A stretch of 64,000 nt of DNA from an uncultured Erysipelotrichaceae bacterium (lineage in GTDB: Bacteria > Bacillota_I > Bacilli_A > RFN20 > CAG-826): assembly GCA_902785645.1 (NCBI GenBank), contig CACZZG010000010.1, positions 2,279 to 66,278 of the forward strand. Reading direction: 5' to 3'. Positions 10,456-21,076 of the stretch are shown one piece after another; the first letter of the stretch is position 1, and each line of letters begins with the position of its first letter. The notes under the pieces were generated by a model, which searched no databases, had not been told where the DNA came from, and saw only the letters and a list, made by a program, of their open reading frames with translations. Position numbers and translations under genes: made by a program.

Positions 10456-10500
10456 TTTCTTTTACCGGTATTAATTATATAATAATTCCGAGGTTTACAT

Positions 10501-12837
10501 ATGATAAAAACGAACGAATCTGTATTTGCTTTAAATACAAACGAGTTATCCTATGTCTTTCATGCGGACAAGACAGGATTACTAATTCACGATTACTTCG
10601 GGAAAAAAGTCGATTTAGTGGACTTCGATGTTAAACCATTATCCACAAAACCCAATGTGCAAAAGGGTACGTCAGTGATTTATGATGAGACTCAAAACAA
10701 AGAGTTATCGATGGATAATGTCTTACTAGAATTTTCCTTCCCACATAAAGGCGACTTTAGGAGTACACCAATACTCTTAAAAAATGAAAAGTTCGGTTAC
10801 GTATTTGATTTTAAATACCATCATTTTGAAATCAGAAAGCCAGAACCATTAGAAGGACTTCCAACTCCTCATGCCGCAAATGATGAGTTAATAATCTTTT
10901 TACAAGATGAAAAAGCAAACATTGAGCTAGAACTTCATTACTTAGTTTTTGAAGAAGCTAATGTCATTTGCCGTAACGTAGTTATTAAGAATAATAGCGA
11001 ACTCGAGTTATCAGTTTTAAAAGCATTATCTTATCAACTCGATCTTGTGAATAGAGAATTCGAACTAGTCACATTAAGTGGTGGCTGGGCCAGTGAGATG
11101 AATCAACAAGTTCAACCAATTGTCGAAGGAAAATATTCCGTCGAATCAAGAACTGGTTGTTCATCAGCAAAATTCAATCCATTCTTCATGTTAAAAGAGA
11201 AGAGCGCCAACTTAGATAATGGTGATGTTTATTCATTCAACCTTATCTATAGCGGCAATCACTTAGAAGAAATTGAATTAGGTCATTATAGCTTATTAAG
11301 AGTGGAAGCAGGTATTAATCCTTTCTGCTTTGATTATCGACTCCAAAAAGGAGAAAAATTAGAAACACCTTATGCAGTTTTAACTTATTCCGATAAAGGT
11401 GTTAATGGTGCCCGTCAAAACATGCACCATTTTACGAATAACCATGTCATTCCATCCCAGTGGAATAACACGATAAGACCAGTGGTTATTAATAACTGGG
11501 AGGCAACATATTTTAAATTCACAGAATCCAAATTGTTGTCTTTAGCCAAAGATGCTAAAAAATACGGCGCTGAACTATTTGTTCTTGATGATGGATGGTT
11601 TGGTGCAAGAAATAACGATTTAGCCGGTTTAGGCGATTATGACGTTAATAAAAAGAAATTGCCTGGTGGATTAAAGGGTTTGAGCAAAAAACTCCACAAA
11701 ATGGGCTTAAAATTCGGTTTATGGTTTGAACCTGAGAGTGTTAATGAGGATTCAAATTGTTACCGAGCTCATCCAGATTGGGCAATTAAATGCAAAGATA
11801 GAAAACCATCATATAGCCGCAACCAACTTCTTTTAGATTTAAGTAAACTTGAAGTCCAAGATTACATTATTGAATCTGTCAGTGGAATATTAAATTCTGC
11901 GGAGATTGAATTTGTGAAATGGGATATGAATAGGAACATGTCTGATATCACATTCAATGATTATAATCCTGGTGAGTTCTATCATCGTTATATCCTCGGC
12001 TTATATCGCATCATGAGAGAGCTCGTTAAACGATTCCCAAATGTTTTGTTTGAAGGATGCGCAAGTGGTGGTAACCGCTTCGACTTAGGTATCTTATCTT
12101 TCTTCCCGCAAATATGGGCAAGTGATGATACTGATGGCCATGAAAGATTAACCATTCAAGATGGATATTATTTAGGCTATCCACAAAGCACAGTTTCCGC
12201 TCACGTATCTAGTTCTCCATCTCATCAACTTTTAAGAAAGACACCAATCGATACAAGATTCAATGTCGCGATGTTTGGTGTCCTCGGTTTTGAACTTTTA
12301 TTCAACGAATTAGATAAGTTAGAGAAAAAGAGATGCTTGAAACTTATTGAAGTCTATAAACAAAACCGTGAAGTTCTTCAATTTGGTGATTTCTATGAAT
12401 TAAATAGTTTCTCAAATAACTTCAAGAAATGGCAAGTTTTATCTGAAGATAAAAAGAAATCGGTTATTGGCCATTTTAATATTTTACAAAAATCTAATGC
12501 ACCTGAATGTTTCTTGGACACAAAAGGCCTTTTAGAAGATAAAAAATATAATGTTGAAGTTGTGGAAATAGAACATAACATCCACGAATTTGGTGGACTA
12601 GTTAATATGCTAACTCCATTCCATATGAATCCAAATGGATGGCTAGTAAATGTTCTTTCTAAGCACATGACAATTCCTGGAGAGAAAGAAAAATATCTTG
12701 TCTATGGAAGCGCCTTAAATAATAGAGGAGTGATCTTAAATCCAGAATGGTCAGCATCAGGCATAAATGATGGTGTTCGTGTTTTAGAAGATTTTGGTTC
12801 TCGTCTATATTTGGTTATTTTAGATGAAACAAACTAA
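10501..12837 (+). CDS. Alpha-galactosidase, GH36
   Basis: INNWEATYF, FVLDDGWFG, FGLWFEPE, KWDMNR, CASGGNRFD, WASDDTD. Confidence 0.93.
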   Translation: MIKTNESVFALNTNELSYVFHADKTGLLIHDYFGKKVDLVDFDVKPLSTKPNVQKGTSVIYDETQNKELSMDNVLLEFSFPHKGDFRSTPILLKNEKFGYVFDFKYHHFEIRKPEPLEGLPTPHAANDELIIFLQDEKANIELELHYLVFEEANVICRNVVIKNNSELELSVLKALSYQLDLVNREFELVTLSGGWASEMNQQVQPIVEGKYSVESRTGCSSAKFNPFFMLKEKSANLDNGDVYSFNLIYSGNHLEEIELGHYSLLRVEAGINPFCFDYRLQKGEKLETPYAVLTYSDKGVNGARQNMHHFTNNHVIPSQWNNTIRPVVINNWEATYFKFTESKLLSLAKDAKKYGAELFVLDDGWFGARNNDLAGLGDYDVNKKKLPGGLKGLSKKLHKMGLKFGLWFEPESVNEDSNCYRAHPDWAIKCKDRKPSYSRNQLLLDLSKLEVQDYIIESVSGILNSAEIEFVKWDMNRNMSDITFNDYNPGEFYHRYILGLYRIMRELVKRFPNVLFEGCASGGNRFDLGILSFFPQIWASDDTDGHERLTIQDGYYLGYPQSTVSAHVSSSPSHQLLRKTPIDTRFNVAMFGVLGFELLFNELDKLEKKRCLKLIEVYKQNREVLQFGDFYELNSFSNNFKKWQVLSEDKKKSVIGHFNILQKSNAPECFLDTKGLLEDKKYNVEVVEIEHNIHEFGGLVNMLTPFHMNPNGWLVNVLSKHMTIPGEKEKYLVYGSALNNRGVILNPEWSASGINDGVRVLEDFGSRLYLVILDETN

Positions 12838-14479
12838 TTGGTATAAAGACGCAATAATATATCAAATCTATCCTCGTTCTTTTTGTGATGGAAATAATGA
12901 TGGAATGGGTGATATCCCTGGCATAATCTCTAAGCTCGACTATTTGAAAGAGCTTGGAATTAATTGTGTCTGGCTTTCACCTGTCTATGATTCTCCTCAA
13001 GAAGACAACGGATACGACATTTCAAACTATCGAGATATCTATAAACCTTTTGGCACACTTGATGATTTCAAAAAGATGTTAAGTGAAATGCACAAAAGGG
13101 GAATTAGATTAATTATGGATTTAGTGGTCAATCATACATCAAGTGAACACCCTTGGTTTAAGAGTGCGATCTCAGATAAAAATTCACCATATAGAGACTA
13201 CTATATCATCAAAAAAGGCCGCAAAAACGGCAAAAAACCTCCAAATAACTGGTCTGGTTTCTTTGGAGATGGTGCTTGGCAAAGAATCGGTGATAGCGAT
13301 GAATATTACCTAAGATTATTTGCAAAAGGACAGCCAGATTTAAACTGGGAGAACCCTAAAGTTAGAGAAGAAGTTAAAGACATTTTGAGATACTGGTTAG
13401 ATATGGGTGTTGATGGTTTTAGATGTGATGTTATTAATCTCATCAGTAAAGACCAAAGATTTAAATCAGTGGCACCCACAATTGCCTTGGCAGGAAAGAA
13501 ATATTTTGTTAGCGGTCCTCGTCTTCACGAGTATCTCCATGAACTTTATAAAGACGTCTATTCTAACTATGACTGTATGACTGTTGGTGAAACAGTATTA
13601 ACCACACTTCAACAAGGTTGCGATTTAGTGGAACCCAATCGAGAAGAATTATCGATGATCTTTAACTTTGACCACACAGACACAGATAACTACTTTGGAG
13701 TGAAATGGTTCATTAGAAAATTTAAACTCACAAGACTAAAGAAAGTTGTTAATAAATGGCAACAAGGACTTCATAATCGTGGATGGAATTCACTATTTAT
13801 TGAAAACCATGACCAAAGAAGATGTGTTGGTAGATTTAACACCGATGATAAAGAGTATCGTGAAGTATCCGCAAAGATGCTTGCGACAACATATTTCATG
13901 CTTCAAGGAACCCCTTTCATTTATGAAGGGCAAGAACTTGGCATGACTAATGGTGATTTCTCTTGTTTAGATGATTTTAAAGATGTCGAAACTCATAACA
14001 TCGCCGCACTTGGAGAAAAGATTAAAATCTTAAAACCTATATTGAAGAAATCGTTATATCAATGTTCTAGGGATAACGCTAGAACACCAGTTCAATGGGA
14101 TGATAGTGAGTTTGCGGGATTCTCAAAAGTTAAACCTTGGATTCAAGTTAATAAAAACAAATCATTTATTAATGCTAAACAACAATTAACAGATGATAAT
14201 TCCATCTTCCATTACTATCAAAAACTTATTGAATATCGTAAGGGTAATGAAGTGATTAAGAATGGTGAATATATTGATTTATTGCCACATAACCACAAGG
14301 TTTATGCCTATATGAGAAAACTGGATGATAAAGAAATTGTTGTGGTTTCTAATTTCACAAATAAAGAAGTTGTAAACCCATTACGTAAAAAGCTAAAATC
14401 AATTAAATTAGTGATGAGCAATTATAATAATAATTCAGAAACACTAAAACCATACGAAACACGCTTATATGAGCGCTAA
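12824..14479 (+). CDS. GH13 alpha-glucosidase / oligo-1,6-glucosidase
   Basis: YQIYPRSF, DLVVNH, DGFRCDV, ENHD, RDNARTPVQW. Confidence 0.9.
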   Translation: MKQTNWYKDAIIYQIYPRSFCDGNNDGMGDIPGIISKLDYLKELGINCVWLSPVYDSPQEDNGYDISNYRDIYKPFGTLDDFKKMLSEMHKRGIRLIMDLVVNHTSSEHPWFKSAISDKNSPYRDYYIIKKGRKNGKKPPNNWSGFFGDGAWQRIGDSDEYYLRLFAKGQPDLNWENPKVREEVKDILRYWLDMGVDGFRCDVINLISKDQRFKSVAPTIALAGKKYFVSGPRLHEYLHELYKDVYSNYDCMTVGETVLTTLQQGCDLVEPNREELSMIFNFDHTDTDNYFGVKWFIRKFKLTRLKKVVNKWQQGLHNRGWNSLFIENHDQRRCVGRFNTDDKEYREVSAKMLATTYFMLQGTPFIYEGQELGMTNGDFSCLDDFKDVETHNIAALGEKIKILKPILKKSLYQCSRDNARTPVQWDDSEFAGFSKVKPWIQVNKNKSFINAKQQLTDDNSIFHYYQKLIEYRKGNEVIKNGEYIDLLPHNHKVYAYMRKLDDKEIVVVSNFTNKEVVNPLRKKLKSIKLVMSNYNNNSETLKPYETRLYER

Positions 14480-14491
14480 TGGAGGGCGGTT

Positions 14492-15703
14492 ATGGATAAA
14501 GAAATTAATAGACTAATTAGAAAAGAAACAAAAAGACAAAACGAGGGCGTCGAACTTATTGCTAGTGAAAACTACGCAAGTAAAGATGTTAGAAAAGTCT
14601 GTTCATCAATTCTTACTAATAAGTATGCTGAAGGCTATCCTGGCAAAAGATACTATGGCGGATGTGAATATGTCGACCAAGTTGAACTAGTTGCGATTCA
14701 AAGAGCATGTGAACTATTTGGATGCAAATACGCAAATGTTCAACCACATAGTGGATCTCAAGCCAATGCCGCAGCATATAGAGCCTTGTTACCTGAAGGT
14801 GGTAAGATTTTATCTTTAGTTTTAAACGATGGTGGACACTTAACTCATGGTAGTCCAGTTAGTTTCTCATCTCATACTTATGAATTCGTTTTCTATCCAT
14901 TGGATAAATCAGGTCATTTAGATTATGACGGAATCTTAGAACTCGCTAAAAAAGAAAAACCAAATGTTTTGTTAGCTGGTTATAGTGCCTTCCCATATGC
15001 GATTGATTTTAAACGTTTAGGTGAAATCGCTCATGAAGTCGGCGCTTACTTTATGGTTGATATGGCGCATATTGCCGGTTTGGTTGCCGCGAAAGAACAT
15101 ATGTCACCAATTCCATATGCTGATGTTGTGACTTCCACAACACACAAGACATTAAGAGGTCCTAGAGGCGGCTTGATTCTCACCAATGATGAAGAACTCA
15201 TTAAAAGAATTAATAGTGCGGTCTTCCCATATTATCAAGGTGGACCACTTGAACACATCATTGCCGCTAAAGCAATTTGCTTCAAGGAAGCGCTAAGCGA
15301 TGATTTCAAAGTCTATGTCAGACAACTTATCGCTAACAATAAAGCTTGTAGAGATGAATTCGCTCGTTTAGGTGACAAAGTCAGTGATACCGATAATCAC
15401 TTATTCTTGCTCAATGTCTTAGACTCATTTAATATGACTGGTTTAGACGCTCAAAAGAAACTTGAGCTCATCAATATCACCACAAATAAAAATATGATTC
15501 CTGGTGATACATTAAAACCAAACAAGACCAGTGGTTTGAGAATTGGTTTTGCCGCAGTTACAACTAGAGGATGCAACATTGAAGATGCCAAACACATCGC
15601 TAGATTGATACATAATTTCTTATCTGGAAGCATTTCCGAAAAGGAAGCAAAACAAGAAGTTAAAGAAATGGTCAGTCATTGGAAATTAATCGAAAAAATC
15701 TAA
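14492..15703 (+). CDS. glyA: Serine hydroxymethyltransferase
   Basis: LIASEN, NKYAEGYPGKRYYGG, PLP motif STTHKTLRGPRGG. Confidence 0.96.
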   Translation: MDKEINRLIRKETKRQNEGVELIASENYASKDVRKVCSSILTNKYAEGYPGKRYYGGCEYVDQVELVAIQRACELFGCKYANVQPHSGSQANAAAYRALLPEGGKILSLVLNDGGHLTHGSPVSFSSHTYEFVFYPLDKSGHLDYDGILELAKKEKPNVLLAGYSAFPYAIDFKRLGEIAHEVGAYFMVDMAHIAGLVAAKEHMSPIPYADVVTSTTHKTLRGPRGGLILTNDEELIKRINSAVFPYYQGGPLEHIIAAKAICFKEALSDDFKVYVRQLIANNKACRDEFARLGDKVSDTDNHLFLLNVLDSFNMTGLDAQKKLELINITTNKNMIPGDTLKPNKTSGLRIGFAAVTTRGCNIEDAKHIARLIHNFLSGSISEKEAKQEVKEMVSHWKLIEKI

Positions 15704-15742
15704 AAATATTCCTAATTTGCATGAAATTTGGAGGATTTTATT

Positions 15743-17707
15743 ATGAAAAGAAGAAAACAACCAAATAGATTTAAGCTGTTCTATTACTCTCATCCTTATT
15801 TCGTAATATTCAATTTATTAATTGTTTATAACTTGATTCTCATTGCCGCTGCAGCGCTTGTGATGACCTATTTAATGAATGGTGTTGTCAAAGATGGTGT
15901 TCCACTTATGGACATCAATTGGAGTTCATATTTAAAGAACCTCGAATACTGTGCGGTGTTCACGATGAATACTGGTGGTATCTACGATCAAGCTCCAAAC
16001 TCTGTAGTCATCATGAAGATTGTTTTATCAATCATTCAAATGATTACATTTACCGGTGCCTTAATCGGTTTAGCAACATCTATTCTTCAAGCGATGTTTG
16101 ATAAGAGAATTCACAATATTGGAAAAATTAAAATTAAACATCACTATGTGATATTAGAATGGTCCGCAGTTGGTGCGAATTTAGTTCGTGAATTATCATT
16201 CATGAAAGGCAATAAAACCATTGTTATTTTATCTAGTAAAAATAGAGATGCTATTCAAGAAGAAATTGATAACTTGTTCTTAGAAACAGGAACAGATAAA
16301 AAGCATTTAAAAGTATTTGTCAAAGAAGGTAATCCATCTTCCCGCAAAGCTTTGAAAGAAATCAATATTGATAAAGCGACATCTATCGCTATCTTGGGTG
16401 CTTCTTCATGGATTAGTGCTTCTAATCAAAACGACTCCACATCATTCAAGATTTTAATGACGGTTATGTCCATCACCAAAAAGGCTAATGTCATTATTGA
16501 AACTGATGATCCTGAAGTCACAAAGAACATTCATGATTTAATGATTGCTTCTCCAGACTTAGAACAAGCCCATATTTCTATTTTCTCCAGAAATACAATT
16601 GTGGGACATGTATTAGCTAAGACAGCGATTAACGCAAACTACGCTGATTTATTCTATTCATTATTATCATTTAAAGGCGGTTCGTTCTTCACTGTTGATA
16701 AACCATATTCTGTTAGTGAAGCCTTATCTATGTATAAGAGTTCATTGCCTGCCTTTAGATATCAAACTAGAGACAATAAAGAAATGTTATATATCAACGG
16801 TATTACTGAAAGTAGTATTCGTAGATCTTTATTTAAAAAGAAATATAGTGCAACCGCACCATTTAAAAAGAATATCAACAAAGACCCATTCAGTTTATAT
16901 GTCATCGGTGACAATGAACGCAGTGACGCCATCGCTTTAGCGGTTGAACAACACAACAAACAAGGTGAATGGAATGTTGACTTAAATGTTTTACCAATCG
17001 ACTTTGACTTAGATACACTCATTGAAAAAGTAAGTATAGGTAAAGGTAAAAAGAAAATTCTAATCTTAAGTGATAACAATGCTGATGAAGATAACATTGA
17101 TTCAAATGTCTTCTTATCTTTAATCAAAATCAAAGCCAGTAAAGAATTATCCAAAGATGTCGAGATATTCGCAGAAATATTTGACCCATTAAATAGATTC
17201 TCATTAGAAAGTTTGAATATTACTGGAATTATTATCGCTAACCAAATCGTTTCTGTTTATATGACTCAATTAATGTGTCATGAAGAATCTCATAAATTAT
17301 ATGAAGACTTATTAATGCCAGATTTAGCGTGCAATATTACCTTTGAAATAAGAACCGGTAAAGAATTATTAGACATGAATGAACAAGTGGAATTCTCTTG
17401 TAGAGGCGAATTTATTCATGCTTTATATGAAGGAAGTAATCACGAATATTTACCAATTGGATTCATTGGTGAAAAAGAAAAGACTTCAATCATTGGTGCA
17501 GTTGGTAACGCAGTAGGTGGCACAATTAACGCTGCCGGCAAAGTATTAACATCAATTACCAATGCCTTAACTCTTGCGGATACACCAGAAGAATCACTTT
17601 GTGATTTTAAAAACATTATCTTCTTAAACAATAAATTAACTAAGAAAGAAAAAGTCATCATTAAACCAGATACCTTAATGGTGGTGGTTCATCAAAAAGG
17701 AGAATAA
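15743..17707 (+). CDS. CASTOR/POLLUX-like (TM-pore-TM plus RCK domains) ion channel protein
   Basis: Two N-terminal TM segments flanking a pore-like stretch, then Rossmann/RCK repeats (HYVILEWS, EGNPSS...ATSIAIL, ILILSD...IFAEI). ATG 15743 follows GGAGG. Confidence 0.6.
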   Translation: MKRRKQPNRFKLFYYSHPYFVIFNLLIVYNLILIAAAALVMTYLMNGVVKDGVPLMDINWSSYLKNLEYCAVFTMNTGGIYDQAPNSVVIMKIVLSIIQMITFTGALIGLATSILQAMFDKRIHNIGKIKIKHHYVILEWSAVGANLVRELSFMKGNKTIVILSSKNRDAIQEEIDNLFLETGTDKKHLKVFVKEGNPSSRKALKEINIDKATSIAILGASSWISASNQNDSTSFKILMTVMSITKKANVIIETDDPEVTKNIHDLMIASPDLEQAHISIFSRNTIVGHVLAKTAINANYADLFYSLLSFKGGSFFTVDKPYSVSEALSMYKSSLPAFRYQTRDNKEMLYINGITESSIRRSLFKKKYSATAPFKKNINKDPFSLYVIGDNERSDAIALAVEQHNKQGEWNVDLNVLPIDFDLDTLIEKVSIGKGKKKILILSDNNADEDNIDSNVFLSLIKIKASKELSKDVEIFAEIFDPLNRFSLESLNITGIIIANQIVSVYMTQLMCHEESHKLYEDLLMPDLACNITFEIRTGKELLDMNEQVEFSCRGEFIHALYEGSNHEYLPIGFIGEKEKTSIIGAVGNAVGGTINAAGKVLTSITNALTLADTPEESLCDFKNIIFLNNKLTKKEKVIIKPDTLMVVVHQKGE

Positions 17708-17711
17708 TATT

Positions 17712-18638
17712 ATGAAAGAGTTTAAAGAAATCATTATCAAAGATAATTTTTATCAATCATCTTCCTATTTTCCAATGCCACTAACCCTCATCGGAACTTT
17801 AAATGAAGATGGAACATTAACTAGTTATGGATCGTATTCTTTAATCTTTCCATATTACATCGCAGGTAAAGGATTCTACGCAATGGTGCTTGAATGTCGT
17901 AATACCTCCAATACCGCAAAAGGATTATTAAGACACGGCAAATGCACAATCAATTTCCTTCCTTACACCAAGAAAGGATTTAAACAACACGTTGACTGTG
18001 GTTTCCCAGGAGACACTCCAGAAGAAAAGATGAAAAACTTCAGATTCACTCCAATCGATGGAATGTCTAAAGAGCAAGATCCAAATGGTAATTATCCAAA
18101 AGTCTTAAAAGAAGCTCTCCAAGTATTTGAATGCACTTGGGTCAAAGATTTGGATAATGCTCAAGATGATAAGGTCTTGGATGAGTATGATGGACCATAT
18201 CATAACTTCAATGGAATTACCTCCAAGTATGGCGCGCATTTCATCCTTAAAATCGATCATATCTTATTAAAAGATAAATATTACGATTCTTTGATAAACG
18301 GGGCTAATAAGCGCAATTTCTGCCCATTACCTACAAACTGGGGTTATAGAGATAGCAAAGACTTCTGGTGTTCAGATTTCAAAAAGCCTGAAGCAGAAGG
18401 AATTCCAAACCGTGAAATTGATTTATCTTCATTAAGATACGCTGCAACAAGATTGAATACAGACGTTCAATTTACTGATGATGCTTTAAAGACCATTGTC
18501 AAAGTTCCAAGACCATTCTTAAAACTGGTTTTACAAGGATGTGTTAAATGGGCGGATGAAAATGGTGTTAAAGTTATTACCGAAAAAGAAATGAAAATCA
18601 TCTCTGATAAACGTGCAGCAGAGAAGAAAAAGAAATAG
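17712..18638 (+). CDS. Flavin reductase-like (split-barrel) protein with C-terminal PCP_red-like helical domain
   Basis: FPMPLTLIGT, SNTAKGLLRHGKCTINF, ALQVFEC; C-terminal FTDDALKTIVKVPRPFLKLV...WADENGVKVIT. Confidence 0.6.
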   Translation: MKEFKEIIIKDNFYQSSSYFPMPLTLIGTLNEDGTLTSYGSYSLIFPYYIAGKGFYAMVLECRNTSNTAKGLLRHGKCTINFLPYTKKGFKQHVDCGFPGDTPEEKMKNFRFTPIDGMSKEQDPNGNYPKVLKEALQVFECTWVKDLDNAQDDKVLDEYDGPYHNFNGITSKYGAHFILKIDHILLKDKYYDSLINGANKRNFCPLPTNWGYRDSKDFWCSDFKKPEAEGIPNREIDLSSLRYAATRLNTDVQFTDDALKTIVKVPRPFLKLVLQGCVKWADENGVKVITEKEMKIISDKRAAEKKKK

Positions 18639-18656
18639 GTGGCAAAGCCACCTTTT
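18637..18656 (+). terminator. Intrinsic terminator between convergent genes
   Basis: AGGTGGC-AAA-GCCACCT-TTT. Confidence 0.65.
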
Positions 18657-18659
18657 CAT

Positions 18660-19538
18660 TTATAGTTCACTTCGTTTAGGAAGAGAAGCGATTGCTCCTT
18701 TTCTTGTTACTGTAATCGAACTTGCTTTTGAGGCAAATTGCATTGCCTCTTTTATTTGTTTGCCTTCCGCTAATGCGGTTAATAGGGCACCACAATAAGA
18801 GTCCCCAGCGCCTGTTGTATCAACCGCCTTAACTTTGTTAGGCTCTATGTTGAATGATGTTGTTTCATCAACATATAAGCTTCCTTTTTCACCCAATGTC
18901 ACGATAACTTTTTTAATTCCTTGTTTCACTAAATGCTGAGCCTTTAATAAATAGTCTCCTTTAATATCTTTAGTGAACAAATCTAATTCATGTTCATTCG
19001 GAACGAATAAATCGATATAGCGATAGAACTTTTCATCAATCTCATGATATGGAGCGGGATTAAGAACCACAGTTAATCCATTATCTTTTGCTTTCTTCAA
19101 AGCATACTCTATCGAGGATATTTCATTCTCTAATTGAATTAATAAAAAGTCATATTTATAGAAATCAATTTTATCTATATCTTCATGTGTAATATCCATG
19201 TTTGCGCCTGGCACAATGATGATGCTGTTCTCACCTGTTTTGTTATCAATTGTGATACTCGCAACACCTGTATTTTTGTTAGATTTCTTCAAAAAAGTGC
19301 GCAAATCTTGCATTTTTAAGAAGTTTTCTACTCTTTTTCCATTTTCATCATTACCAATTGCACCATAGAAAGTGACATCCCCACCAAGGAATTTTATAGC
19401 GCATGCTTGGTTAGCACCTTTTCCGCCAATATTAGATAAAAAAGAATCACCATAAACAGTCATTCCTGGATGTGCGGGAGTGGATGTATATGTGACATTA
19501 TCTATAGCTATACTACCTATGACTAAAATCTTTTTCAT
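18660..19538 (-). CDS. rbsK: Ribokinase
   Basis: GGKGANQA, LNPAP, PNEHE, DTTGAGDSY. Confidence 0.92.
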   Translation of the reverse strand: MKKILVIGSIAIDNVTYTSTPAHPGMTVYGDSFLSNIGGKGANQACAIKFLGGDVTFYGAIGNDENGKRVENFLKMQDLRTFLKKSNKNTGVASITIDNKTGENSIIIVPGANMDITHEDIDKIDFYKYDFLLIQLENEISSIEYALKKAKDNGLTVVLNPAPYHEIDEKFYRYIDLFVPNEHELDLFTKDIKGDYLLKAQHLVKQGIKKVIVTLGEKGSLYVDETTSFNIEPNKVKAVDTTGAGDSYCGALLTALAEGKQIKEAMQFASKASSITVTRKGAIASLPKRSEL

Positions 19539-20461
19539 TAGTATGATTTAATTCCTTCTTCGATAATATCCCAATATCTATTTACATCGATATCCATTGC
19601 TACGTATGCGTTATGTGGAGCATGTAGATAATCAAAGACATCACAATTAGTTCTCCCATAACTTGGGCCATGAGAAATATCAATAACAACATTCATGTGT
19701 TGATACTTAATTAATTTATCATCAATGATAGATGCGATAGTGGCGGGATCATGTAATGGACCAGCGATGACACCAAAGGTCTTTCTTTGATTTTCATTAA
19801 AGACTTTCATGAGCTTAACAAACATATCGCTAGCTTTGTTATTAATCTTGCTCATTCTTTGAACGACTTCATCTGTGACCAATACTTTTCTAGTGACATT
19901 AAGTCCAACCATTTTGACTTTTACCCCAGAAGAGAATACAACATGAGCCGCTTCTGGATCACACATAATATTAAATTCCGCAGCAGGGGAAGTGTTTCCG
20001 TTATCAACAGAACCTCCCATGATGATAATTTCATCTAGTCTTTCTAATAGTCTTGGCTCTATCCTAATAGCCATAGCGATATTTGTTAATGGTCCAGTAG
20101 CAACGATGGTGGTCTTTTCATTGTTCATGACTGAATCGATGATTAGTTGAACGCCATGTCTTTTATCAAATTGTTTTTCATACTTAGGAAACTCAAAACC
20201 ATCTAATCCACTTTCACCATGTATGGCTTCGCATATCAATCTATCCCTGACCATTGGGAATTCACATCCAATAGCGACAGGAACGTCTAATCCTAAAAAT
20301 GTTGCGACATTTAAAGCGTTTCTTGCGGTTTTAGCGATTGTTTGATTTCCCGCAACAACGGATATACCTAATAAATTTATATTTTTATTTGAACCAGCTA
20401 AAAGAATAGCGATGGCATCATCATGCCCTGGATCGCAATCTAAAATGATATTTCTTTTCAT
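19538..20461 (-). CDS. Nucleoside hydrolase (IU-NH / Rih family)
   Basis: DCDPGHDD, IHGESG, TGPLTN, AEFNI, LHDP. Confidence 0.93.
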   Translation of the reverse strand: MKRNIILDCDPGHDDAIAILLAGSNKNINLLGISVVAGNQTIAKTARNALNVATFLGLDVPVAIGCEFPMVRDRLICEAIHGESGLDGFEFPKYEKQFDKRHGVQLIIDSVMNNEKTTIVATGPLTNIAMAIRIEPRLLERLDEIIIMGGSVDNGNTSPAAEFNIMCDPEAAHVVFSSGVKVKMVGLNVTRKVLVTDEVVQRMSKINNKASDMFVKLMKVFNENQRKTFGVIAGPLHDPATIASIIDDKLIKYQHMNVVIDISHGPSYGRTNCDVFDYLHAPHNAYVAMDIDVNRYWDIIEEGIKSY

Positions 20462-20462
20462 A

Positions 20463-20993
20463 TTATTTTTCTCTCAATACACCAATGAATTTTATTGTGG
20501 TTATAATTGCGTGTAAAAACAAGGTAGTGGCTAAAAAGATAATGTGGCCTGTAAGACCTTCGGATAGTTTGATACATAGCAAGACACCAAATACGATAGT
20601 GCCGACATTGACCGCCATTTCAAACCAAGCCAATTTCTTTTCTTTAACTTCTAAGACATCGATGTAGACTTCAATGAGACCGAGAACTATTTCCATAATT
20701 CCCCAACCAAAGCAAAGCATCTCAATATCTTTCTTAGAGAATAAGAAAACGAACCCTAAGCCAATCATAATCGTGGAACTGATAAATGATATATCTTTGC
20801 TGTATTTATATCCTTTATTTAGAAAATAAATAACTAAACGAGATCCACCCGCAATAAATAAAATTGTTCCTAATAAAATATTGTCATATACTTCAACATT
20901 ATGTCTTAATATTAAGACAACGATTCCTGTAGCAATAAAAATGGTGATAATTAAACAGTTTAGGATAATTTGTAATAGCCTTGAGGATTTCAT
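20463..20993 (-). CDS. Membrane protein, HdeD/DUF308-like
   Basis: Six TM segments with a repeated G-x-x-L pattern; first gene of the hydrolase-rbsK unit. Confidence 0.55.
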   Translation of the reverse strand: MKSSRLLQIILNCLIITIFIATGIVVLILRHNVEVYDNILLGTILFIAGGSRLVIYFLNKGYKYSKDISFISSTIMIGLGFVFLFSKKDIEMLCFGWGIMEIVLGLIEVYIDVLEVKEKKLAWFEMAVNVGTIVFGVLLCIKLSEGLTGHIIFLATTLFLHAIITTIKFIGVLREK

Positions 20994-21076
20994 ATTTTAA
21001 GATTAGTCAAATTATTATTTTTTCTCAATATAAATATTGATTTATTTATAAGAATATTTCCTATAAACTTATATCC

